Shown one piece after another: positions 33,010-45,839 of a stretch of 64,000 nucleotides of DNA (the stretch's first letter is position 1; every line of letters begins with the position of its first letter). The DNA is from Azolla caroliniana. Lineage: Eukaryota; Plantae; Polypodiophyta. Made by a program: the position numbers and the translations under genes. The stretch is from NCBI GenBank assembly GCA_043228905.1, contig JBHGNT010000007.1:9424001-9488000 (forward strand), read 5' to 3'. The notes under the pieces were generated by a model. It did no database searches. It was not told where the DNA came from and saw only the letters and a list, made by a program, of their open reading frames with translations.

Positions 33010-36000
33010 CTTCTCAAACTGAACAAGCGCAACACTTGGTCACATTGTCGAGTAAGCCATTTACCTCTCTCGAGGATTATGTGCATCATGCTCAGACCCA
33101 GATCCAAAAATCGGGACTTACGGGTGATAAATAGTTTATTGCTTGCTTTTTCAATGGTATTCCCAATGGGGATTACCATTGGATTGTCCATGACAAGGGC
33201 CCCACAACTTTCGAGGAAGCCGTCAACATTGTACTTCGGTACCATAGGGCTTCCAAGAAAAACCACAATAAACTTGAGTTCGCCAAAACTTTGAATGTCA
33301 AGTTCATTAGGAAACGTAAGCAATCCAGTGACACTCTTGACTGCGACTTCAAGAAACCGAACCTCTTCTATGCATATTGCAAGAAGCAGGGCCACACAAA
33401 GGATACTTGTCATCGTCTTAAGAGGAAGTCAATGAACACCCCTCCTCAAGACAAATCTACAAATCACACAGGTGAGTCTTTTGATGTTGTTGAAGTTCAT
33501 ACCAACCACTTAAGTTCATGTGAATGCACTTTTCCTTCACATTTACTTGGACCTAATGATTTACTTCGAGCAATCAGGTATATCAATGGAACACAAACAC
33601 ATTTCTTGTTTGATTCCGGTAGTTCTCACAATTTTCGTAATGATCACTTTGTGCAGCAAATGGAACTCCACATAAACGCAAGTGATCATATCTATCAAGT
33701 TCACACAGCAAATGGAAGCGTTCAATACATCAATGCCATTATTTTTCAACTGCCAATTCAAATAGATACCTATTTGGAGAAGTTAGACTTTCATGTTATG
33801 AAACTACAATCCGCATATGTCATTTTAGGATACCCTTGGTTTTTTAATAAAAACCCTTCTTTGTCCATTGATTGGGTTAATCACTCAATCACATTTGAAC
33901 TTAATAATTGTAAACATTTTATTCAATGTTCCAAACTTCCTTCTCGTTCACTTGTGTCTTCTAAATCTTTAAGTGAGTATTCTAGTTCATTAATTTATTC
34001 GTGTGTAATTGATCCTGTGCTTCAATTTTATTATTGTAATATTGATGCCACACAATTACCACATTATGAACAACGATTACTCGACTCTATTTTAGACGAT
34101 TTTCAAGATGTGTTTCCTAACGAATTGCCGCTTACTTTACCACCAAAACGTAATGTGGACCATCAAATTGAACTCATCCCCAGTGCTGCTCCTGTGAGCA
34201 TTCCACTTTACCAACTTAGTCTATTAGAAGAGGATGAGATCGCTAAACAACTTAAGGAATACTTGAGTATGAGCCACATTAGGTATAGTAAATCACCTTG
34301 GGGTGCACAAGTTCTATTAGTTAAGAAGAAGGAAGGTTCATGGCGAATGTGTATCAATTATCGTCGTTTGAATAAAATGACAATTAAAAATGCATATCCG
34401 TTACCTCGTGCCGATGATTCGATTGATCGTTTGCATGGGGCCCGATATTTTACGAAAATTGACTTACAAACAGGTTATCATCATATTCGCATTGCCGAGG
34501 ATGATATTCATAAAACCGCTTTTCGTACGCGCTATGGCCATTATGAGTTTTTAGTCATGCCTTTCGGGTTGACTAACACTCCAGCCACATTCCAACAAGT
34601 GATGAATGACGTTTTCTGAGATCAACTCGGTGATTTTGTTGTCGTCTTGTTGGATGATATTTTGATATATAGTCGTACCTTGTAAGATCATGTTCAACTC
34701 ATTCTATGCAAAACATTCAAAATGTGAATTTTTTCCAAAAATCTATTGTGTACCTAGGTCATTTAATTACGGAAAATGGCGTTGAAATTGAACCTTCTCG
34801 TATTCAAAAGGTTAAACTTTGGCCCATTCCTCGTAATATTCTTGAATTGCGATCATTCTTAGGGTTTGTTGGATTTTTACGAAAATCAATTCGTAACTAT
34901 TCCAAATTGACTACGTCATTAACTGACCTTTTAAAAGGTCATCCACGTAAGTCCGTCAAACCGATTGCATGGAATGAACAACTTCACAAATCATTTAAGG
35001 CACTCAAAGAGCATGTGTGTCAAGGTCCCACTCTTCTATTACTGAACTCTTCTAAGCCTTTCTCAATCAAAAACGATAATAGAAGAGTGGGAGCCTGCTC
35101 AATCTTGGTATTTGGTTCAAGAGAAAGAGTTGTTTGTGGTAATACATGCACTTAAAACATGGAGGCACTATCTCTATGACAATAAATTTGTGGTTACAAT
35201 AGACCATCAATCATTGAAGTATTTTTGTGACCATCCAGATCTTGTTGGTTGTAAAGGCCGTTGGGCTGACCTTATGCAAGATTTTGATTTTTCCATACGG
35301 TATCGCAAGGGTTCTATGAACACCGTTGCAGATGCTCTTAGTCACATTAAAGAAGTTAACATGCTTAGCTTCATGGAAATAAAATCTGAACTTTTAGATC
35401 ACCTTTGAGGGAAATACCTTGATGACAGTTATTTCTCAAAATACTAGACAAAAGCTGAATATGGTTTAGATGTCGTTATTAGCACCCTACCCTCGAAGGC
35501 GACCTTTCACATTACAAACGGTTTTCTCTACCGTAGTGGAAAGGTCTGTGTTCCAGATTTACCAAACGTAAAACAGAAAATTCTTCATGAATGTCATGAT
35601 GCACCATCTGCGGGTCATTTTGGAATATAATGCACACTCATTCTCATCTCGAGTGCTTTTTTCTGGCCCAAGATGCGTTATGACGTGCATAAATACGTAA
35701 CTCAATGCTTACAATATCAGATTAATAAGTCGGAACGACTTAAAGTTGCTGGTCTTTTACATCCCTTAGATATTCCCAACAACAAATGGGAAAGTATCTC
35801 GATGGATTTTATTGTTAGTTTACCTCGTACACAGAGGGGTCATGATGCCATTTGGGTTGTCGTTGACAGACTAACAAAATTAACTAGATTTATTCCTACC
35901 AAAACAATTGGCTTATCAATTTCGTTTTTATGGATTACCGATGGATATTGTTAATGATCAAGATTCCAAGTTTACTAGTGACTTTTGGACTCAAGTCTTT

Positions 36001-37337
36001 AAGAAACTAGAAACTACGTTGAGCATGAGTTCCGCAGATCATCCTCAATCTAATGGACAAACTGAACGAGTTAATCAAATTATTGAGGACATGCTTCGAG
36101 CTTATGTAGCAAAAACCCCTTCTAAGTGGGAGCAAACCGTTCCTATCTTAGAATTTGCCTATAATAGCTCTAAACATACATCCACTGGATATAGTCCTTT
36201 TATGTTGATGTATGGTTTTCAGCCATGTTGTCGTGATAATCTGTCACTATGAGCGGATCGTGAGGCGGAACCGCCGGGGTTATGGACTGGAAGGAATTAG
36301 TGCTCACCCGTACAACACAAGCAATATTTGAACATAAGACAAGTAGGAGGGAGAAACATTCGTTTCTTGCAAAAGAAAATAGATTCTTTATAATTCTAGA
36401 ATCATGTTACAATGGATTGGATATGAATATGAAAGAAAGGAGCCAAACACCATGTAAGGAGTGGTTTGATATGAATATGAGAGATTATTCTTGGAAGAAA
36501 AGAGCCCACTACCATGTAAGGAGTGGTTTGATATGAACATGAGAGATTATTCTTCCCCAAGGAATGGGAGAGGGAAGAAGTGAATAGGAAAAAAAAACTA
36601 GAGAAAAAAAGTGGCACATATACGGAGTTCCTTGTTGATCATAGCCTCCCATGTTCCTTTGCATGCATCCCCTTTTAGTTGCATGGCCTCCTTTTTTAGT
36701 TGCTTGACTTTTACTTTTAGTTGCATGTGACCGTTCGTATAATTCGGCCACATGATCCACAATCATCCATAAAGTTCAGCCCGTGCGTAATCTGTATGTG
36801 CGTTGCAACCAAACCATAGACACGTCCGCGCGCGCAAGTCGCAACCGCACAGTGTACACATTCGTGCACGAGCGCGTCCCGACCGCGCCCTGTATGCGTC
36901 CGCGCGCGCGCGTCCCGACCGGGTCGTAAGCCGCGACCCAAAATCATTTGAGCCATTCATCCACACAATTTAGCCCAAGTTACCTTGAACATTCTGCGCT
37001 TCACACATAGAAATAAAGTAATAGGTTCTAGCTCTCCTTATATAATATGGGATCCAATGTTGTCCTATATATGTGGGATATCTCATAGTTTTGTTTTTCT
37101 CAATCTTCTCAAACTTTACACTCACATGACTTGATACTTCTTTATCCGTTTCATGTGTAGTAAAATGCGTTATGAAGCTCTTGAAGACGTCCATCTTTCA
37201 TACTAATCCATTTAAGTTAACCTAAAATAATTATTTCATTACTTTTCTTATTGTGTGTAAAAAATCACACGACATTCACCCTCACCAAACCTGCACATCC
37301 ACGGGTATATGTCAATTGTAGTGAGGTTCCTCTTTTG

Positions 37338-40300
37338 TGTTGGGAGACAGGTCCCTCCGGATGAGGAGTACCTGGCTACGGAGAGCCGGATGGTGCAGAC
37401 CCGGTGAGAACCGGATGAGGAGTACCCGGCTACGGAGAGCCGGATGGTGCAGACCCGGTGAGAACCGGATGAGGAGTACCCGGCTATAGAGAGCCGAATG
37501 GTGAAGACCCGGTGAGAACCGGATGAGGAGTACCCGGCTACGGAGAGCCGGATGGTGAAGACCCGGTGAGGAGTGCTCACCGGATCAAGAGACATATTTG
37601 TAAATATGTTTCTGAGAGTCCATCGAGGTTATATTTGTAAATAGCCGAAAAGTCATATTAGTATAAATATGACTTAGGGCAAACTTATGTATAAGGGTTG
37701 TTGTTGTTGTTCTTGTCTGCGCGAGATCAGAGCGCGTAACTGTGTACAGAGAGAGGGAGAGAGAGGAAGAGGTCGTTGCCTCTGTTGTAACCGACGCCTG
37801 TGGCGAAGATCGTGAGCACGAGGTCGTTGCCTCCCGTGAACTCACTGTTGTACATTCTAACATAGTGATAGTTTGCAGCCCGTGGGCTGCCGTGGTTTTC
37901 CCCTTAGTTTGGGTTTTCCACGTAAACATCCTATGTACTCTTCTCTTCTTCGTGTCGTGCATTCTTTCACTGTTTTTTTCTGTGTATGATTCTAAGCTTG
38001 GTTGTGGCCGAGCGTTGCGCATAACGAGCGTTTCAGTTCCCGTCAAGTGGTATCAGAGCGAAATGACACAGAAAATGGACGATTCGTTGGGAGGCATGTT
38101 CAAGCTCACATGCTCCAACTATTCGGTGTGGAAGTCGAAGATGAGGGACATGCTCGTGGTTAAAGACCTCTGGCTGCCGGTTCAGTTCGGGGACAAGAGA
38201 CCAGACAAAATCGACGCCGCGATATGGGAGGTGATGCACATGAAGACAACGGCGTACATACGGTGTTTCATCCACATGAGCCTGTACAACAACTTCAATG
38301 AAGAGAGCAAGGCTCATGAGCTCTGGGAGAAGATCGACATAATGTTCCAAAACAAAAATGTTGTTAATCAGGTTTCGGTATTCCGGAAGCTAGTAAGACT
38401 CCGGTACCAAGATGGCTCCAGCATGGCGGAGCACATGAATGCCATCTAGGGGCTGATCCACCAGGCAACATCATTGGAGGTACCTCTCACCGATGAGGTA
38501 CTAGCACTACTCCTGCTCGGGTCCCTCCCAGATAGCTGGGAGACGTTGGTTGTCACCTTGGGCAACGCCGGGCCGGAAGGGAAACGGTTATCCCTAGCAA
38601 GAGTAAAGTCAAGCTTGCTAGATGAGGAGGCGCGTCGGAAAGATAAAGATACGAGCTCCGACTCCAAAGCGCTACTTACCGAATCAGAATGCGGAAGACA
38701 AAGAAACTGTAGTCCCCAGAACCGGGAAACGTCGGGGACACGGTCAAAGTCAAGGGGGAGACCTACTTGCTTCTATTGCGGCAAGACGGGACACTTCCAG
38801 AAGAACTGTCGGCATTTCCGAAAGGACAAGCAAACCGACGGTACCGATTCGAAGCGGACCCCGGCCGGAACGGTAAAGACCGGAGGGGAACGGACCGGAA
38901 GGGGACGACGGCAATCGCGGCAAGTGAAGAAGAGTTGATGCTCATCACCGAGGAGAGTGAGATAAACCTTGCCGACGACGAGATGACCTGGGTGGTAGAC
39001 TCCGGAGCGTCGTTCCACCTTACCCCGGACCGAAAATGCTTCTCATCCTACTCAGCCGGTGATCACGGCTGTGTCCGGATGGGGAATGAAGGTACATGCC
39101 GAATTGTCGGCATAGGAGAGATGTGGCTGACAACACCAACCGGATGCAAGTTGCTGCTGAAAGATGTCTGACACGTTTCGGAGGTTCAACTGAACCTGAT
39201 ATCAGCCGGTCGGCTAGATGATGAAGGCTACACGGGTAGCATCCGGAACGATGTCATGAAGTTCAGCAAAGGGAGCCTGATTGTGGCTCGGGCCCGGAAG
39301 GTCAACACACTGTACCTGATGAATGCCCGGTTATGTCCGGAGGAAGTGAACGTGGCATCCGACACTGCCGGTGAGCTGTGGCACAAAAGGCTGTGTCACA
39401 TGAGCGAGAAGGGGATGAAGAGGCTTGCAGACGACAACCTCATTCCAGTGAAGAACGTGCACTTGGAGAAGTGCACTGATTGTCTGGCCGGTAAGAAAAA
39501 CCGGACCTCCTTCTGATCAAGGCCACCGATGAGACGTAATGCGCCACTGGAGTTGGTGCATACGGATGTATGTCATGTGGACATGAAGTCACATGCAGGA
39601 TCGCAGTACTTCGTGACGTTCATAGATGACCACAGCCGGAAGCTGTGGGCCACACCATTGAAGACGAAGGATCAGGTGCTATCCGTCTTCAAAGAGCTCC
39701 ACGCGAGAGTGGAAAGGGAAACCGGCCAAAAACTGAAGGCGGTTCGAGCAGATAACGGAGGTGAATACCGGCGGCAGTTCGAGGAGTACTGTTGCTCGAA
39801 GGGAATCCAACTCGAATTTACCGTGCCGAAGACGCCGGAACTAAACGGGCTGGCCGAGAGGATGAACCGGACCATAATGGAGAGGGTCCGGAGTATGCTG
39901 GCGCATGCAAAGCTACCCAAGAAGTTTTGGACTGAGGCACTGTCGACGGCGACATATGTGATAAACAGATCACCCTCAGTACCCTTGGACGGAGACACGC
40001 CACAGAGAGTCTGGACCGGTAAGGAAGTATCCTACCGGCATTTGAAGGTGTTCGAGTGTCTCGCGTATGTGCATGTAGCTAAGGACCGCAGAGGAAAGTT
40101 AGATCCAAAGACCCGGCCATGCATATTCCTCGGTTACAGTGACGATGAGTTCGGCTACCGAGTGTGGGACCTGGTCGATAAGAAGGTATTCCGGAGTCGA
40201 GATATTATCTTCATGGAAGACAAGACGCTTGCCGACTGGGAGTCAGAGAAGAAGATAATGAACTCCGAGTCAACTGGTAAGGATCGATTCTACGATGAGC

Positions 40301-40788
40301 AGACCCAACCGGCAAGAGACCGGTTAGCACTCGAGGAATCAGCCGGTTACGGTGAGGATACCGAACCGGCAGAAGAAGTAGTAGAGGAAGCTGATACCGG
40401 AACCGGCCAAGACCCCGAATTGGATTCGGATGAAGAAGAAATAGAGGAGCCGGTTACCAAAGCCCAGAGACGGAGATATCCTCTCAAAGAGAGAAGCCCC
40501 CCCCAGAGATTTCCGGATGCATATCATGTGCTGCTAACCGATGAGGGGGAGCCAGAAAGCTTCAAAGAAGCGAAGGATGACACCCACAGCTGCAAATGGT
40601 TAACTGCCATGCAAGACGAGATGGATTCCATGCATGAGAACCATACGTACGAATTGGTGGAGTTGCCGAAAGGAAACCGGGCATTCCGAAATAAGTGGGT
40701 GTACAAGTTGAAACCGGGAGATGCCGACAACCCCCCAAGATACAAAGCCAGGATCGTGGTGAAGGGGTTCCAACAAAAGAAGGGCGTG
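37338..40788 (+). mobile_element. Second copy of the 14416 Copia family, truncated early in RT
   Basis: 5' LTR 37338-38045, PBS at 38048, gag-PR-INT-RT start colinear with ~15265-18008; similarity ends after KKGV. Confidence 0.93.
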
Positions 40789-41140
40789 GCTTATATCCTC
40801 CCCTCCCTAGCCATGTAAGGAAGCTCTGCGTGACTAAGCACATGTTAAATGCAATTTTTTTAGTTCGTTTCATTTTCTTTTTCTTTTTATGGACATCTCA
40901 TAAGCAGAACTTATTTATGCACATGCCTAATTATTATGCATACAGTGTTCATATGGCTCAAGATGGTGTATAGAGATAGTACTTGAAAGCACTTGCATAC
41001 TGATGTATGAGACAGAGGCACATACTTCTCCACAGAACTGGTGAAAGTTTTCTTGCATTTGGGAAATAGTAGTAACACATTAAGCATTATATTCAAGTGG
41101 TTAACTTTCAAGAACATTTATTACTCTACGGGATCAACAG

Positions 41141-41378
41141 TGTAGCTGCTGGTGTATGGAGAAAAAATGAAAGACCTGTAGGGGTTGATTGGAATGAGAG
41201 GATAATTCAAGTCCATGGAGGAGGATGGAATTACATCAGACTTTCTGTTGGAATCGTTCCAGGTAATTTTAAGATTTCCCTTTTTCCTTTGATTTTCTCT
41301 CTCCCAGATGTGATCATATCGTTCATGTATGCATACACACATACATAATGTTTGTCTGTAACAAACATGTATGCATTG

Positions 41379-41411
<33 letters not shown>

Positions 41412-42861
41412 CAAGTGCTGACCTGTACTTGATGTATTGTATCAGAAAATATCCTGGCCACAGCTACACCTGTGGGTGATGAGCTGGAACAATATAAAAT
41501 GAAATGGTCATTGTCAACTGGAGAGACATTAACAATACAGATGCCCATGGAGAATTCTCAATGGGAGAGAAACTTGGGATTCTCAGTGAAAGGGAGTTCA
41601 CTTGGAATGGTAAGCATTTGCTGAATAATGGGTCATACTATGGTAGGGTCAATTAGTTTTCTTAACCTTCAGTAGAAATAATCAAAATTTGAATGTATAC
41701 CATAGTTGGTATCATTTGCAGTTCTTTAACCTTCAATTGAAATCAAAATATTAACATAAAAGTTAGGACACGACATAGGTAGTATAAGTGCATGATAAGA
41801 GGAAACCTTCAATTCAAATAATAATCATGAATATTTGTTTCTCATCACATTTTTTGAAACATTCATTATATGGCCTAGCTGAAACTTAATAAAAGGTGAA
41901 CTTTGAGTGGTCTTTATTGCCAACTGACGAGAAAAAGACTTTATCATTTGCATTAGTTGTTTAATAAACTGTTGCAAACAAACATGTATGTTGTCAGGCA
42001 AATTTGTTCTATGGATTATCTGGCATAGGAATGTATATACATTGGAAGCATAACTAACTGTGTGCCATAGAAATTTAAATGTTGTGAGCATAATTATAGT
42101 GGCATAAGAATGTATATCTTGTGAGCAAACTATAAGTTTATTTATGGCATAGAGATGTATACGTTGGGAGCAAAACTAACTGTATGTAGCATAGAAATGT
42201 ATATGTTGTGAGCATAACAAACTATATGTGGCATAGAAATGTATATGCTATCTGATAAAAAGGTGCATACAAATATTTTAGGTCCGACTTCTTAATGGGC
42301 GTTGCATGATGTGTAGCTCCAGAGGAGGAAGAAGGTTATGTGACACTGGTAAGGTACACTACTAAATCACCACAAGGCCAAGCTACAACTCTCTTTAACT
42401 GGAAGATGTCAGTTATGGAGATTCTACCAGAGGAGGATGTTGTTTTTGTCATATTTATATGCATAGCAACACAAAGGAGTGTGGGGGACCTTGGTGGGAA
42501 GATATTACACAATCTTTACAAGAGGAGAAAAGTGAGGCAACATCTGGGAAAGAGGGATTGGGGCTCAGTAGTGATGGGAGAAGGGAAAGGCACACCTCCA
42601 GAGTATATGAGGTGGTATGTCAATCCAGAGGATGTATTAGGTGTGAACTTGGCAGATGCCAATAATGACGAGGTTTTGCCGAAAGGTGCAAGCTACCAAA
42701 TGTATAGAGGTACAAGTTGGCTCTATCGGGGGAGCTCTAAAGGTCTTTATAACCTTCCTAGTAAGGGATCATTTGAATCCTTTGGGGTTGATGGAAGTGA
42801 CCATTTTTTTGGTTTGCAGCACTTTGGCAGCCAAACAAAGTTTCCTGCATTCTCTCGCTAG
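41141..42861 (+). pseudogene. 3' exons of a GRDP/DUF1399-family (At1g56230-like) gene, apparent frameshift in the last exon
   Basis: Exons 41141-41262, 41446-41609 and 42282-42861 (GT-AG, phases fit): GVWRKNERP..WNERIIQV..W.Y, ATATP...WSLSTGE, VRLLNGR, EEGYVTLVRYT...GQATTLFNWK..EILPEEDVV, RDWGSV. Frame change at ~42310. Confidence 0.72.
42000..42250. repeat. Degenerate ~40-bp intronic tandem repeat
   Basis: Recurring GGCATAGAAATGTATATGTTGTGAGCA. Confidence 0.6.
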
Positions 42862-44064
42862 TTACAGATTTTCAGCTGTATATTTTGTTTCATCACACTG
42901 TTACAGTTGTACATTTATAGAAGCTTGTATGCACATATTCATTATTCATATAAACTGTAGATTAAATGGTGAGAGGCTTGACTAGAAGCTTGTTACAATC
43001 TTTAACTTACATCATGTAATAATATAAAGGTTTTATATTTATTCATAGAACATCCAAATTTGCGATAATTTTTATTTATTGGCTCCAAACATTACAAATA
43101 TATTACAGTTTAAACTTGTCACAAAAAGTACAGTTTATTACAGGATAGTTAAGTCCCTCCTGATTTTTTCTATGATCCAAAATGTGACTACTTCTATCAA
43201 AGAGACTCTTCTTGGGTATTGATTGTAATATGAAATTTACCTTACACATTCGTACTTGTCTAGGTGTACCTATAGTCTGGATTTCCCCTTGTGTTACCTG
43301 TCTTCTAGGTGTACTCATAATAGAACTTACGTTTTCAAGGAAGGATTTGTAATTGTAATATTGGAAATTTTATGACGTTTTCCAATGAATTGCAAAATAG
43401 TCATCAATATTGGAAGGGCAATATCTTTGAGCAGATATCCAAGATTTTCTATGAAGTATATAACATGTCCTTAGTTTCTACACGAGGACTAAAATGTTTA
43501 CATGCTATGGAACATTAGGTGAATGGCAATGTAAGCAACAAGACAATCTCTTGTCGCAGCATCATATAAGGTTCAAAATAGCACTCGAGTGCTTAAGAAA
43601 GCATTTAACTTCATTGATATTGTTTGCAAAATTTTAAAGAAATGATGTGTTGAGATATCATCCAAGATCATTGGTCCAATTACAACCTATACAATCCATG
43701 TCATGTAACATCATAGCTAAGATATTTTATGATACAACCAAAGCATGTCAAGTGGTTGCAAGGTTCAAAAAAATTATATAGTATTTACAGCTTCAATCAA
43801 AGAATATTAATTTGGTTTGCATGATGGCGAGACACTTTGTAGGGAGAGTAAGGAAGGCATTCTTGAACACGTCATTGACACGAACAATAGGGGCTACTCC
43901 AACAAGTTTGCAATTGCCATGTGAATCTAACCGTTCAATCCTCACCAACTATTCATTTTATGTGATTGTATCATGACATTATCCTCCCCTTTAAACTGCC
44001 TTTTCGAAAGCGTGGTGTAGGGGTGAGCTGAAAGAGAAAACCGAAGTAGATTGGAACACCAACA

Positions 44065-44770
44065 GGAATGATCGACCATGTACGGTCCTCACCAAGAACT
44101 AGAACACGAACGAGCATGAGCGGTCATGTACGTTCTTCATCGGGAACTCGAACACTAGCTGGCGTGAGCGATCATAAGAAGTCCTCATCAGGAATGGGAA
44201 TAACAATAGCCGTGAGCGACCATGTGTGGTCCTTACCAGGAACGAGAATACCAACAAGTGTGAGTGACCATGTGCAGTCCTCACTAGGAACTAGACCACA
44301 GAACGGCATGAGCGACCATTTGGCCCTCACTGGGAACTAGAACGCCACCCAATGAAGGAGTCTAAACAAAGTGGTAAACTCAACTTCTTCTATCATGAGA
44401 GGGCGCTAGCGAGAAACCGACGAGATCCCCACTAAGAAAGTGAGCGGTTGTGACCCCCCACCAGAACTAAAAGGTGAACGATTGAAATTGATCCTCGCCA
44501 AAGGAAATTGGAGCAAAACTTGAACCAAAATGAAAATGGAGTGCAAGCGAGCAATGATTCGATCCCCACTAGGAAAGTGAGCGATTGCGACCCCCATCGA
44601 AACTATGAAGGTGAGTGATCGAAATTGATCCTCGCCAAACTATAATGAAAATGGAGTGCAAGCAAGCAATGAATCTTCGATCCCCACCAAGAAAGTGAGT
44701 CGTTATAACCCCCACCGAAACTATGAAGGTGAGCGATCGAAATCAATCCTCACCAAAATTGTGATGCAAA
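44065..44770. repeat. 45-bp tandem repeats followed by ~120-bp repeats, probably the 3' internal region of a minus-strand LTR element
   Basis: GACCATGT.CGGTCCTCAC.AGGAACTAGAAC about 6 times; GATCCCCACTAAGAAAGTGAGCG 3 times; minus-strand PPT-like AAGGGGAGGATAA|TGTCA at ~43975-43992. Confidence 0.55.
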
Positions 44771-45839
44771 ATGATACCTATAGATGATGATAATGACAAT
44801 GGAGAGGGCATAACAATGATGATGATGAAAGACCATGCAAAGTAGTGTTGATGATGATCAAGGTTAGGCGAAGTGGCATTTGATGAAGACAACAAGAGGT
44901 GTTGAAAATGATGATGTCGAAGATTGTTACCCAGTCGGCAAAGGAGCTAAGGATGCCAAGACCAGGGTGTGAAAAGGGGAATTGTTATTTGGGAATCTGT
45001 TGTAATTACTAGTCTTAATATATTAATATATGAGGAGATGTGGACGGACGGACCGGAATCGGTATGCCGATCCGGATCCGGACCGATCCCGAATAAGTGC
45101 TGGTTGGCACCGTTTTGTACTTCGCACCGGTGACCTATATAAAGGCCCGGTTACAATGTAGTCATGAACGGAGAGTAATATAAACCTTTTGTTTAATCAT
45201 TGAGTATTGTTCACCGTTCTGTGCTTATTGTATATCTTACGCGTGTTAATGACGTATTGCTAAGTAACCGATTAAGGTCCAATTAAGCGTTGTGTCGTAA
45301 GTTATCTCGTCGTAACACCCTTTGGTGAAGTGTCTTAAGTGGACACCCTGTGTTAGGCTGTTGTCCGACCCTAAGGATTAACAAAGATAATGATGATTGT
45401 TACCGGTTAGGGTTACACGGTGCCTAACCCTCGGTCCTTCGGGTTTTGGTTCAAGGGAATTATGGTTCAGAGAAGGGCAAGTATGTCACGGTTGTCTTAC
45501 AAATGACTATGTGCGGAGTGCGTAGTGCGGGCGTAACCATGGAGACTGTGGAGGATGGGAAGATGGCTACAACCGACTCCCTATGATATCATATACGAAG
45601 CGTATATCTCGACATAGAAATGACTCAACACAACAAATTACGCAGAGCACAATTACGCATAGAACACAAGAAGTCGAGCAAAACAAAAAATATATTCCAG
45701 AGCTTGTATACAAGAATTTCTACGCTCCCTATTATAGGTTTTCCATGCCCTTTATATACAGGGTCATGGTCGGTTACGCTTGGCGCGTCAACCGTTACAT
45801 GCGTACATAACGCTTCATTGTATTCTATGGCTGCCACTA

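Larger units (their letters stand above)
31424..36226 (+). mobile_element. Degraded Ty3/Gypsy gag-pol, interrupted by nested solo LTRs and truncated in integrase
   Basis: Gag LDGRATTWW; [11 protein letters not shown] protease; [28 protein letters not shown]; RNase H; integrase SISMDF, HPQSNGQTER. Confidence 0.9.

Noticed and set aside
44065-44345. 45-bp periodic repeat as a CRISPR-like array
   Set aside because: The whole unit is repeated with scattered divergence, so it is a tandem repeat.
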